Part shown: one piece after another, positions 48,977 to 58,821 of the stretch
Position numbering within the stretch: the stretch's first letter is position 1
Layout: every line of letters starts with the position of its first letter
Assembly: GCA_029762535.1 (NCBI GenBank)
Contig: JARVGK010000008.1
Location: 1-64,000, forward strand
Reading direction: 5' to 3'
Source of the DNA: Thermoplasmatota archaeon
Lineage (GTDB): Archaea > Thermoplasmatota > Penumbrarchaeia > Penumbrarchaeales > Penumbrarchaeaceae
Length of the DNA: 64,000 bases
Translations under genes and position numbers: made by a program
The notes under the pieces: generated by a model
The model's database searches: none
What the model was told of the DNA's origin: nothing
Seen by the model: the letters and a program-made list of their open reading frames with translations, nothing else

Positions 48977-51900
48977 TCAATCCCCGGACATCTCATTCAG
49001 GAGGTCCTGAAGCGATTTTTCCCTGTCGGTGGAGACGGTCCTGTCCGAATCTATTGTATCTGACGTGCTTACCTCCTGAATGGTCTCGGAGGCCACAAGG
49101 TTCATCCATGCATCCTCCGATGTCTCATCGACGAGCGTCGGGGCCTCCTGTTGGGCCTTTTCTGCCGGCTCGGTCTCCGAAGGCTGTCCAGATGCAGCGA
49201 TACCGGCCGATGGGACCGATCTTCCCAGTCCCTTCGGCTGAGGCGCCGTCCTCGCCCCGTTCGAACTCGCCATCCCGTACTCGGACTCGAGCTCCGAGAG
49301 CTCGGATTCGATATCGCGATGTTTCTCTTCGGTCTTTCTCTTCACCAGGAAGTAATATAGGCCTCCCAGGACCATCATGATCAGGACGATGACTATGATC
49401 CCGATGATGATATACAAGCCAATGGGGTCCTCCTCAGGCGGGGCGACCTGAACCGGTCTCTGCGTTATCTCAAGAGGGACCGAGACGTTCCTGATTATGC
49501 CCCAGTTCGACTCGAAAGTGAAGTTCAGGGTATAATTGCCTACCGTTGCGTTGGGAAGGATCTCGACATCGAGGTTGATCACCAGCTCCTGCTGGATATC
49601 CAGGCGGTAAATGCCGTTCCTGATCAGGAGCCACTCGTATCTGATGAGGGAACCCATCGGTCCGTCGTGGCCTTCTAGATCAATGATCGGAGTGATGTTC
49701 ATGGGCTTCTGCCCGATGTTCGCGATGTCGAAGGATAGGATCGAAGTTGGGGTCCCCTGCTGCAGTTTAATCCTCTCGACATGGGAGGATACCGTAAAGG
49801 CATAGTTCTCCTCGTTGGAGACGGAGAACGAGAAGACACCGTTCGTGCAGTTTCCGACGAACTTGTTCTGGGCCACGGGGACAACGGTCCAGTAATAGGT
49901 TCCGAAATCCAGACCGATCGGGTCGTATGTAGTCCCCTTGAAGACCTCCGTCCAGAGTGATGAGGACTTGAGCTCGAGGACGTCGAGCTTCCTGTTCGAC
50001 ATGTATATCTTATAGGATACGTCCTCTGGATCGAAGAACGTCACGTTCCATTCCAGTTTAACGTCGTCCGGATCCGCGAAATCCGTTCCGTCAGGCGGCC
50101 ATACCAGGGTCGCGATGGGATATCTCAGCGAGGTGTCGACCAGAATATTATAGACTGTGGATGTGAAGACCGTGCCCGCTCCATCCTGGCATTTGAACTG
50201 AATGAAATTATCATATGTGTCGCTGAGGCCCTTGAGCTCCAGGACGAATTGATAATTGTCCTGGTGGAAGGATGTCCATATGTCCTGAACGTATTTCCAC
50301 GAGGCGATCCCCAGCCATTGAACGGGATCATTTAGCCCATTGTTGCTGAAACGATACATCACCGACTGGGATATTATCGTGGATCCGCCCAGGTCCGTCA
50401 TGTTTATCTCGAAATCGATGGCGGTATAGGGGACGATCTCATCCAGGTCCGGTCTTATCACCGTGAAGGTGGTCGGGTCCATGTCGATCATTATCCGAGC
50501 GCTCTCCGCTGGACCTATGTTGCCGACGAGGTCCTCCGCCCATACGTATATCGTATGCGCTCCCTTGCCTGGAAGCTCAACGACCGCGTCGAGGCCCGAT
50601 TCCACCCGAGTTCCGTTCCTCGTTCCTCCGTTATCTTCGAATGACCAATAGTAGAACAGGACGCCTGAAGCGGTCTCCGGAGCGCTCTGCCAGCTCAGGA
50701 ACACCTCCGTATCGTTGTCGTACCTGGTCCTCTGGTCGTTAAGGTCATCCGCATGCAGTATCACCGTTGGGGGCTTTCCCGGCGGATCCGCATCCGTGGA
50801 AAGACGGAATGAAAGATCGGATGTGTCCGTATCGGGAGGGACCCCGGAAATGTTGATCCTGTACCTGTATTCCGTTTTCGTGGTGTTCGGTGAGACCAGG
50901 GTGATATTGAGGGGCTCCCCGGGCATATGGGAGCTTGTGAACATCTCATCATCCTCGTCCCACAGCGTCAGCATGTAGCTGTCCAATGGCGGATACAGGT
51001 CCGCTCCGACGTAGGCCACAACGGGACCCAAGAAGTTCACCCATTCCCCTGCCCGGATCCAGCTCTGGTTCTGGATCGGCCCCTGGACCTCCGAGCTGAC
51101 AGAAAGAACGCCCCTCAGCTCCAGCTGATTACGAACTGTCAGGAAGTTCCTGACGATCAGCTCATCGGGGGCCACGTCATATCCCATGATCCTCACGGTC
51201 ACGCTGCGGTCGATTATGTTCGGCCTGTTGGTCCAGGTCCAGTTGAACTTGATCCACATGTCCAGGTTCAGGAAGACCCCATCGACGGATACGCTCCGAT
51301 CCACTAGGAAGCCCCTGTTTCCCGGATCATGCTCGACCCAAGTCCCCTGGGTGTGATTGTAAACGACCGAGAATGCACCGTCCCTGTGGTTGAATATGTA
51401 TCTTACCTCGCTGATCTCGGACACATCCTCGACCGCTTTGACCATGGATGTGAAATGGTATGGCTTGAGCATGGAATATGCAACGTTCGCACCTTCCGAA
51501 GGGTCGTCGAAGGAGACCCTCTGTATGGCCAGCCTGTATGGGATGCCGAACCTCCATATCCCATGCCTTCCCGAACCATATATCCAGAGGTCCCTCGTCT
51601 CGGGGATGAATATGGAAGCGTGATTGTCCAGGTCCCCCGGGTGCACCAGATAGTATTCCGGATACCATTTCCCCTCCAGTATCCTGTACTTCGACATGTC
51701 GTTGTTCTGGCTTCCCCCCGTCATGATTATCTCCCTGGTCAGGGGATCGTAGCTCATCTTGGAATACGCCCTGCTCGATGGTTTGAACTGCGCGTCGATC
51801 TCGGTCCAGGTCTGGGTGGAGAAATCGTAGGTCCAGAGGTCGTTCTCCTCCTGGGCGTTGGCCCCTCCTTCTTTAAGGTACCATCCCCCGAAGAGATACA

Positions 51901-53776
51901 GCAGATGGTCGTCCGGCTCGTACATTAGCGCGGCGCCGTAACGCATCCCTGGCGTGGTCCCTGCGGGGTTCAGCTTGCTGAAGGCCGTGCTCGCCGGGTC
52001 GAAGCTGTAGAAATCGTCGTATATTATCCGGTCGGAGGAGGTCGTTGGATGGTAGTAGCCTCCGTAGAAGTATATCTTGCCGTCCTTGGTGTTGAGGACC
52101 ATATCGAAGCCCTGCCTGGGACCGGGACCTGCCGGAGCCCAGACCACAGACCATTCGAACGTATCGAGATCTATCTTCCACATGTCGTCGCGGTTGTAGT
52201 AATACGTGGTCTGGCCCTGTCGCGTGGTGTACCCGCCGCCGTATATGAACACCTCGTTCCTGTCGGGAACGTAGCAGATCCCGGCATTGCTTCTCGATCC
52301 AGGATTGCTCGATCCGCTGTTATAAATCGGACCTTTCCAATCCCTGGTCATCAGGTCGAAATAATAGATATAGCCAGATCCGTTGCCTCCCCATCCCGAT
52401 ACCAGGTTCGGACCGATATAATACAGCCTCTGCTGCACCTCGTTGTGTGCGAAGATGCCCCCGTTCACCGAACTCACAGATGTGTTGAGCGGGAACCGGG
52501 TCCACTCCTTTGTCGTCATGGTCATGTAGTTCATATCCCTGTATCTGTACGGATATGAGTACGGCTCGGAGGAGTACCACCTGCCCTGAAAAACGAAGAA
52601 GAGATCGGCGGCGGATGAATAATGGGTCGTGTAGAACATCCTGCCGCTGGGGCTGTCCCCCGCAGAGAAATGCTTCCATGACCATGACTGCATATCGGCG
52701 TTATATGTCCACAGCGTCCTGTTCATCGTGGTCTGCTGCATGGTCTGGCGGCCGCCCCATATGTTTACAGTGAGATCGGTCCCCGTTCTCCTGAAGAACA
52801 TCTTCGAGCCGTGGAGGACCATGGACTGCATGCTGATGTCCGTTGAGAGCTGGGTCCACTGATCGGACGGGATGTTGTACACCCAGAAATCGTTGAGATA
52901 GACATTATTATCAGTCCCTATCCTGTGTCTCCCTCCGTAGAGGTAGATGTTCTTGTTGACGGTATCTATGCACATGTCGTGATCGTAACGCTCGATGAGG
53001 CCTGAACCGGAGCCGTCGTTCAATGATACCGGGGCCTGCATGGGCTTGCTGATATCGATCTTGTAAAAACCGGTCAGGTTGTCGTAGTCGTTCTGGGCCT
53101 TGCCCATGTGTATATAGAGCATGCCCATATCCCCGTCCATGGGATCGATGACCATGGGCGCCCCGGCCCTCCTTGTGGTGAACACAGAGGATGAGAGCCT
53201 TGTCCAGGCCTCGGTGTCCATGTCGAATACCCAGAGATCGTTGACCATGGACCCGTCCATGTATCCGCCGTAGATGTATATCTTCCCGCGTATCTCGTCC
53301 ACGGCGTAGGATGAAAGGTATCTGCCGCCAGGGCTCGTCGCTTTTTCGACAGATACCCATCTCTGGGTGTTGATGTCGAAGTAGAACATGTCGTTGATCG
53401 TGTTGTGTGTTATCTGACCCCCGAAACCCGTGCTCTGATAGCCGCCGCCGTATGTGTATACCCTTCCCGAGCTCGCGTTATATCCCATAACCCCGGACTC
53501 CCCGGACTGATGATAGCTGAACCTCTCCCACAGCCCCCATGGCTCGCTCCTTACCGCATCGGGAGGCAGCGGGATCCCCATCTCGAGGACCTCCTCTTCT
53601 TTGATAAGGTTGTCCGACATCTCCTCGATCTGAACAATGACATCCACATCGTCGGCCCCTGCGACATCCTGGCTCCCTTCGCTAAGGAGCGGGATCGGCA
53701 GTGCCATGATAAAGGTCAAAAACAGCGCAGCTAACATCTTCCACGAGGGATTGGATGGCCTGAACACGTGCATCAC
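48977..53776 (-). CDS. Large surface protein: Kelch beta-propellers + Ig/FN3-like domains + C-terminal TM and acidic tail
   Basis: Signal peptide; many IYxYGG...NDxW.Y......W repeats; C-terminal IIIGIIVIVLIMMVLGGLYYF anchor. Confidence 0.85.
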   Translation of the reverse strand: MMHVFRPSNPSWKMLAALFLTFIMALPIPLLSEGSQDVAGADDVDVIVQIEEMSDNLIKEEEVLEMGIPLPPDAVRSEPWGLWERFSYHQSGESGVMGYNASSGRVYTYGGGYQSTGFGGQITHNTINDMFYFDINTQRWVSVEKATSPGGRYLSSYAVDEIRGKIYIYGGYMDGSMVNDLWVFDMDTEAWTRLSSSVFTTRRAGAPMVIDPMDGDMGMLYIHMGKAQNDYDNLTGFYKIDISKPMQAPVSLNDGSGSGLIERYDHDMCIDTVNKNIYLYGGRHRIGTDNNVYLNDFWVYNIPSDQWTQLSTDISMQSMVLHGSKMFFRRTGTDLTVNIWGGRQTMQQTTMNRTLWTYNADMQSWSWKHFSAGDSPSGRMFYTTHYSSAADLFFVFQGRWYSSEPYSYPYRYRDMNYMTMTTKEWTRFPLNTSVSSVNGGIFAHNEVQQRLYYIGPNLVSGWGGNGSGYIYYFDLMTRDWKGPIYNSGSSNPGSRSNAGICYVPDRNEVFIYGGGYTTRQGQTTYYYNRDDMWKIDLDTFEWSVVWAPAGPGPRQGFDMVLNTKDGKIYFYGGYYHPTTSSDRIIYDDFYSFDPASTAFSKLNPAGTTPGMRYGAALMYEPDDHLLYLFGGWYLKEGGANAQEENDLWTYDFSTQTWTEIDAQFKPSSRAYSKMSYDPLTREIIMTGGSQNNDMSKYRILEGKWYPEYYLVHPGDLDNHASIFIPETRDLWIYGSGRHGIWRFGIPYRLAIQRVSFDDPSEGANVAYSMLKPYHFTSMVKAVEDVSEISEVRYIFNHRDGAFSVVYNHTQGTWVEHDPGNRGFLVDRSVSVDGVFLNLDMWIKFNWTWTNRPNIIDRSVTVRIMGYDVAPDELIVRNFLTVRNQLELRGVLSVSSEVQGPIQNQSWIRAGEWVNFLGPVVAYVGADLYPPLDSYMLTLWDEDDEMFTSSHMPGEPLNITLVSPNTTKTEYRYRINISGVPPDTDTSDLSFRLSTDADPPGKPPTVILHADDLNDQRTRYDNDTEVFLSWQSAPETASGVLFYYWSFEDNGGTRNGTRVESGLDAVVELPGKGAHTIYVWAEDLVGNIGPAESARIMIDMDPTTFTVIRPDLDEIVPYTAIDFEINMTDLGGSTIISQSVMYRFSNNGLNDPVQWLGIASWKYVQDIWTSFHQDNYQFVLELKGLSDTYDNFIQFKCQDGAGTVFTSTVYNILVDTSLRYPIATLVWPPDGTDFADPDDVKLEWNVTFFDPEDVSYKIYMSNRKLDVLELKSSSLWTEVFKGTTYDPIGLDFGTYYWTVVPVAQNKFVGNCTNGVFSFSVSNEENYAFTVSSHVERIKLQQGTPTSILSFDIANIGQKPMNITPIIDLEGHDGPMGSLIRYEWLLIRNGIYRLDIQQELVINLDVEILPNATVGNYTLNFTFESNWGIIRNVSVPLEITQRPVQVAPPEEDPIGLYIIIGIIVIVLIMMVLGGLYYFLVKRKTEEKHRDIESELSELESEYGMASSNGARTAPQPKGLGRSVPSAGIAASGQPSETEPAEKAQQEAPTLVDETSEDAWMNLVASETIQEVSTSDTIDSDRTVSTDREKSLQDLLNEMSGD

Positions 53777-53859
53777 CCCGTTACCGGGTCCGCGAATGCT
53801 ATCCTATCAAACATCCAGAGGTACCGGCCGGTCATAAGGATGATTCACATCTTCTAATA

Positions 53860-55689
53860 TCAAGGTTTTGATACGCTGTTTTCATGCCCGGTGGCCGGGC
53901 GGACCTTCGTTGAGATAATATGGGCCAGCATTCTTTCGGCCAGATCGGATGGCAGAGAACACCTCCTGGCGACCTCCGCGGGGCCCGCCTCCAATAGAGC
54001 ATCCAGGGAATCGAACTCCCTGGATATGGCAAGGTACCTCTTCTTTCCGATCCCTTGGACCTCCATCAATATGCTCTCATCGATCCTTCGTGTGCTGCGC
54101 TGATAGGTCACCGCGAACCTATGCGCCTCGTCCCTGATGCGCTGGAGCAGTTTCAAGGCGGGGTCGTCCCGCCTCAGGACCAAGGGCAGAGCCGATCCAC
54201 TCCTGTATATCGTTTCCTCCTTTTTCGCCAGCGCTGCGACCGGGATCGTATCCGCCACGCCCACATCGCTCAATGCGTCCAAGGCGGAACCAAGCTGTCC
54301 CTTCCCTCCATCTATCAGGATAAGGTCCGGAAGGGGGTCGCCATGGTCCAGAAGCCTCCGATAACGCCTTGTGACGGCCTCTTTCATGGAGAGATGATCG
54401 TCGTTGACCTCCCTCGATATCCTGAAGCGCCTGTAGCCCGACTTCGCGGGGCGGCCAGATCTGAACTGCGCCATGGCGGCGACGGTGTTCGTCCCTCCGA
54501 GATGCGATATGTCGAAGCACTCTATCACTTGAGGCAACACCTCGAGGTCCAAGGCCTCCTTCAGCCTGACGAGGGAATTGGGGCCCTCCAAAGCCCTGAC
54601 CACGGACCTTGCCTTCTCCTCGGCATTGCTACGAGAGACCGCGAGCAGATGCCTCTGGTCATCTCCTCGGGGCCTCCTTATCCTGACCGGTCTTCCCCTC
54701 TTGGCCGATAGGAACTGCTCCATGTCCTCCCTCCATGACCCCTCGAGGTCCGTTCGGTCCAATACGATCCTTTCCGGAAGCGACCCCGCTATAGAATAAT
54801 ACGATGTCAGAAAATCCTCGGAGGGTCCGCCGATGGGCTCGGACCCCTCCAAGGTGAACTTCACTGCGTCCATCATCCTTCCCCCTCTAACGATCAGAAC
54901 GGAGGCGGCCGTTCTATCTTTGGAGAAGGATATTAGATCGACGTCCGAGGAACCCTGAAGGACGGCCTTCTGTCCCTCTAGCATCCTCTCAAGCCCTTTT
55001 ATGATATCCCTCATCAGTGCAGCCCTCTCGTAGGCTCCCTCCGAGGAGGCTCTCCACATCAGATCGTTCAATTCCCCGAGCAATGACTCGCCCCTGCCGG
55101 AGAGGAACTCACGGATGCCCCTCACGGCCATCGTATAAGCATCTTTATCGACAATGCCCGCGCAGGGTGCGAGACAACGGCCAATGTGGTGCTCCAGGCA
55201 GGGCCTGGATCGCCTGGACATGTCCCTCGAACAGGAGCGTACCGGAAATACCTTCCTCAGCCATCTCATGGACCTCCTCACGGCTAGCGGGTCCCCGTGA
55301 GGTCCGAAATGGTCCCCTGAACCCGGATGCAGTCCCCGAACATGCCTTACAGAGGGGTATTCTTCCCTGGTCACGAGAATATACGGGTAGGACTTGTCGT
55401 CCTTCAACCTGATGTTGTACCTGGGCTGATGCTTCTTGATCAACGTGTCCTCCAGTACCAGCGCCTCCAGCTCGTTCGAGGTCAGTATCCAGTCCACAGT
55501 AAGGGCGTGCTCCCTGAGCATCGCCTCCTTGGGATCGTCCCTGTTCTGAAGATGGGACCTGATCCTCGATCTTATATCGATCGCCTTGCCGACGTAGAGC
55601 ACCGATCCTGAAGCGTCCTTGAACAGATAGACGCCGCATGCTGAGGGCAGAGTAGATGTATCGATGTCCATCCTTTCATCCATAGACAT
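53860..55689 (-). CDS. uvrC: Excinuclease ABC subunit C
   Basis: GVY...YVGKA GIY-YIG, DDKSYPY, ECFDISH, DGGKGQ, RDEAHRFA. Confidence 0.95.
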   Translation of the reverse strand: MSMDERMDIDTSTLPSACGVYLFKDASGSVLYVGKAIDIRSRIRSHLQNRDDPKEAMLREHALTVDWILTSNELEALVLEDTLIKKHQPRYNIRLKDDKSYPYILVTREEYPSVRHVRGLHPGSGDHFGPHGDPLAVRRSMRWLRKVFPVRSCSRDMSRRSRPCLEHHIGRCLAPCAGIVDKDAYTMAVRGIREFLSGRGESLLGELNDLMWRASSEGAYERAALMRDIIKGLERMLEGQKAVLQGSSDVDLISFSKDRTAASVLIVRGGRMMDAVKFTLEGSEPIGGPSEDFLTSYYSIAGSLPERIVLDRTDLEGSWREDMEQFLSAKRGRPVRIRRPRGDDQRHLLAVSRSNAEEKARSVVRALEGPNSLVRLKEALDLEVLPQVIECFDISHLGGTNTVAAMAQFRSGRPAKSGYRRFRISREVNDDHLSMKEAVTRRYRRLLDHGDPLPDLILIDGGKGQLGSALDALSDVGVADTIPVAALAKKEETIYRSGSALPLVLRRDDPALKLLQRIRDEAHRFAVTYQRSTRRIDESILMEVQGIGKKRYLAISREFDSLDALLEAGPAEVARRCSLPSDLAERMLAHIISTKVRPATGHENSVSKP

Positions 55690-55742
55690 ACCAATTATTT
55701 ATCGGATTTGATGGCTTGTATAGAGGAGCCGGGTCCGGGGTT

Positions 55743-58646
55743 TCAGCGTGATCCAGGGGCTGGATGTTTCCTAGGCCTGCCTGGCCCCTTCTTCGCTTTG
55801 ATGGGTTCGGGCGAGAGACCCGACACCTTTGCCAGGTATCTTCCAGTATGGCTTTGCGGATGATAGGCAACTTCCTCCGGGGTGCCCTCGCAGACGATCC
55901 CCCCACCTTCGTCCCCTCCCTCCGGACCCATGTCGATGACCCAGTCGCCGGTCTTTATCACATCCAGATTATGTTCTATGACAACGACCGAATTCCCTTT
56001 GCATCTGAGCCTCAAGAGAACGTCTATGAGCTTTCTCACATCGTCGAAATGCAGCCCGGTGGTGGGCTCGTCGAGGAGGTATATGGTCTTGCCGGTCGCC
56101 CGCTTGGACAGCTCGGTGGACAGTTTCACCCTCTGGGCCTCGCCTCCGGAGAGGGTCGTGGCGCTCTGACCGAGCTTTATATATCCCAATCCTACGTCCA
56201 TCAGGGTCTGGAGCTTGCTCCTTATCGAATTCACGTTGGTGAAGAACTCCAGTCCCTCCTCGACGGACATGTTCAGGACATCCGAGATCGTCCTTCCCTT
56301 GTATCTTATGTCGAGCGTCTCCCGGGTGTACCTCTTCCCCTTGCAGACCTCGCAGGGTATGTAGACGTCGGGGAGGAAGTGCATCTCGAGCTTGATTATG
56401 CCCCCGCCCTCGCAGTTCTCGCACCTTCCCCCCTTCACATTGAAGGAGAACTGTCCCGGTTTGTAACCCCTCGCCCTGGCCAAAGGTGTTCTGGCGAACA
56501 GGTCCCGTATGGGGGTGAAGGCCCCCGTGTATGTCGCAGGGTTGGATCTGGGGGTCCTGCCTATGGGGGACTGGTCTATGACTATGACCTTGTCGAGGTG
56601 TTCCAGTCCGTCTATGCCCTCATGCCTGCCGGGCGATTCCCTGGAGCCGTGCAGGCTGCGCATCAGGGCTTTGTGCAGAATATCAAAGACCAGCGTGGAC
56701 TTTCCCGAACCCGAGACCCCCGTTACACATGTGAGCACGCCGAGGGGGATCCTCACGTCGATCCCTTTGAGATTGTGCTCTGATGCTCCCTTAATAAGAA
56801 TATGCTCGCCATTCCCCTTCGGGCGCTTTGCGGGGACGGGGATGCTCCTGCGGCCGCAGAGGTAGTCCCCTGTAAGCGAGCGCTCCGACGCGCACATGTC
56901 CTCGACCGTTCCCTGAGCGACCACCTCTCCCCCGTGTATTCCGGCTCCCGGACCCAGATCGACCACATGGTCGGCGCTCCTTATCACCTGTTCGTCATGC
57001 TCGACGACTATGATCGTGTTCCCGAGGTCCCGTAGGCGGAAGAGGGTGTCTATTAGCCTCGAATTGTCCCTCTGATGCAGGCCGATGGAGGGCTCGTCAA
57101 GGACGTAGAGGACGCCCATGAGCGCGGACCCGATCTGGGTTGCGAGCTGTATCCTTTGGGCCTCACCGCCCGAGAGGGTCCCCATGGTGCGGTCGAGGGA
57201 TATGTAGTCAAGGCCCACGTCCCTCAGGAAGGCCATTCGGGACCGGACCTCCTTCAATACGTCCTTGGCTATCGAGATATCCTTCTCCGAAAGGGATGCT
57301 TCGAGCTGCTCCAGATAGGGTAGCGCATCCCTTATGGACATCTCCAGCAGCTCGTTGATGTTGAGTTCCCCTACCGTCACCGCCAGGGATGCGGGGTTCA
57401 ATCTCGCCCCGCCGCAGGCGGGGCATGGCTGGGCGCTCATGAACTGCCTGTAGAATTCCCTTGCACCCTCCGACTGGGTCTGCCTGTACCTTCTCTGTAT
57501 TGTGGGGATCACACCCTCGTATCTGCGGTCCATGCTCCACTCGTACTTCGGGGAGGTTATGTGGAGCTTGTAGCTCCTCTCGGTCCCGTAGAGTATGGCC
57601 TCCCTCACCCCCTCGGGAAGGGACTGCCAGGGTGTCGCGACCGAGAATCCCATTTGTTTTCCCAGCCCCTCGAGTATCCTTAGGTTGTAGGAACCGTCCG
57701 GATCGCTCCTGAACAACCCGATGGCTCCCTGCGATATGCTCTTCTTCGGGTCCGTGATGATAAGAGTGGGGTCCACCTCGAGCTTGAAGCCCAATCCAGA
57801 GCATTCCTTGCACGCCCCGAACGGGGAGTTGAAGGAGAACATCCTCGGCTCCAGGGCCGGGATCGAGATCTTGTGTATTGGACACGCCATCCTCTCCGAG
57901 TAGAACGAGTCCGCCCCCTTCCTCCTCCCGGATAGCTCCCTGACGATGAGCGATCCGTCCGAGAGCTGCATGGCCTGATGAACATCGTCCGCCAGCTGAT
58001 CGCGGTGCTCCTCGTCGCATACCAGCTCGTCCACGATGACCTGCACGTCGTGCTTGACGTTCCTGTCAAGTTCCGGAAATGATGAGACGTCGCATTCCTC
58101 ATCGTCGATGATGAGCCTCCTGTAACCGCCCCTTTTCAGCTCGGCGGCCCTGTCCTTGTGGGTTCCTTTCTTTCCGGAAACGATAGGGGACAGGACCGCG
58201 ATCCTCCTATTGCCTCCCTCGAACACGGAATCCAATATCTGATCGATGGACTGCTTCTCGATCTCCCGGCCGCAGACGGGGCAGTGGGGGATCCCTACTC
58301 TGGCATAGAGCAGCCTCAGATGATCGTGTATCTCGGTCGCCGTGGCCACCGTGGACCGGGGATTCCTCGTGGGAGAATGCTGCTCTATCGATATCGCGGG
58401 GGACAGCCCCTCTATCGAATCCACGTCCGGCTTGTCCATAACTCCGAGGAACTGCCTTGCATACGATGAAAGCGATTCTATGAACCTTCTCTGGCCCTCG
58501 GCGTATATGGTATCGAATGCGAGGGAGGATTTTCCCGATCCCGACAGCCCCGTGATGACCACAAGGCGGTCCCTGGGGATCGTGACGTCGATGTTGCGGA
58601 GGTTGTGCTGCCTGGCACCCTTAATTATCAGATCCGAGCTTGCCAT
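55743..58646 (-). CDS. uvrA: Excinuclease ABC subunit A
   Basis: GARQHNL, GLSGSGKSS, two LSGGEAQR, Zn fingers. Confidence 0.97.
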   Translation of the reverse strand: MASSDLIIKGARQHNLRNIDVTIPRDRLVVITGLSGSGKSSLAFDTIYAEGQRRFIESLSSYARQFLGVMDKPDVDSIEGLSPAISIEQHSPTRNPRSTVATATEIHDHLRLLYARVGIPHCPVCGREIEKQSIDQILDSVFEGGNRRIAVLSPIVSGKKGTHKDRAAELKRGGYRRLIIDDEECDVSSFPELDRNVKHDVQVIVDELVCDEEHRDQLADDVHQAMQLSDGSLIVRELSGRRKGADSFYSERMACPIHKISIPALEPRMFSFNSPFGACKECSGLGFKLEVDPTLIITDPKKSISQGAIGLFRSDPDGSYNLRILEGLGKQMGFSVATPWQSLPEGVREAILYGTERSYKLHITSPKYEWSMDRRYEGVIPTIQRRYRQTQSEGAREFYRQFMSAQPCPACGGARLNPASLAVTVGELNINELLEMSIRDALPYLEQLEASLSEKDISIAKDVLKEVRSRMAFLRDVGLDYISLDRTMGTLSGGEAQRIQLATQIGSALMGVLYVLDEPSIGLHQRDNSRLIDTLFRLRDLGNTIIVVEHDEQVIRSADHVVDLGPGAGIHGGEVVAQGTVEDMCASERSLTGDYLCGRRSIPVPAKRPKGNGEHILIKGASEHNLKGIDVRIPLGVLTCVTGVSGSGKSTLVFDILHKALMRSLHGSRESPGRHEGIDGLEHLDKVIVIDQSPIGRTPRSNPATYTGAFTPIRDLFARTPLARARGYKPGQFSFNVKGGRCENCEGGGIIKLEMHFLPDVYIPCEVCKGKRYTRETLDIRYKGRTISDVLNMSVEEGLEFFTNVNSIRSKLQTLMDVGLGYIKLGQSATTLSGGEAQRVKLSTELSKRATGKTIYLLDEPTTGLHFDDVRKLIDVLLRLRCKGNSVVVIEHNLDVIKTGDWVIDMGPEGGDEGGGIVCEGTPEEVAYHPQSHTGRYLAKVSGLSPEPIKAKKGPGRPRKHPAPGSR

Positions 58647-58821
58647 GAACGAATCCTCGCATGAGGAGGCCGTTTATAAATATATTGGGCGGGGCCGGAC
58701 ATATGTGAAAGTGAGAGGGTTCCCGTTTCGGACCACCTTGATCTTCCACGGGTTCGATACAACGATGGACCGAAATTTCTTTATATGCCCCTTGGTGGTT
58801 AACCGAACTTGAGGGATCGAA

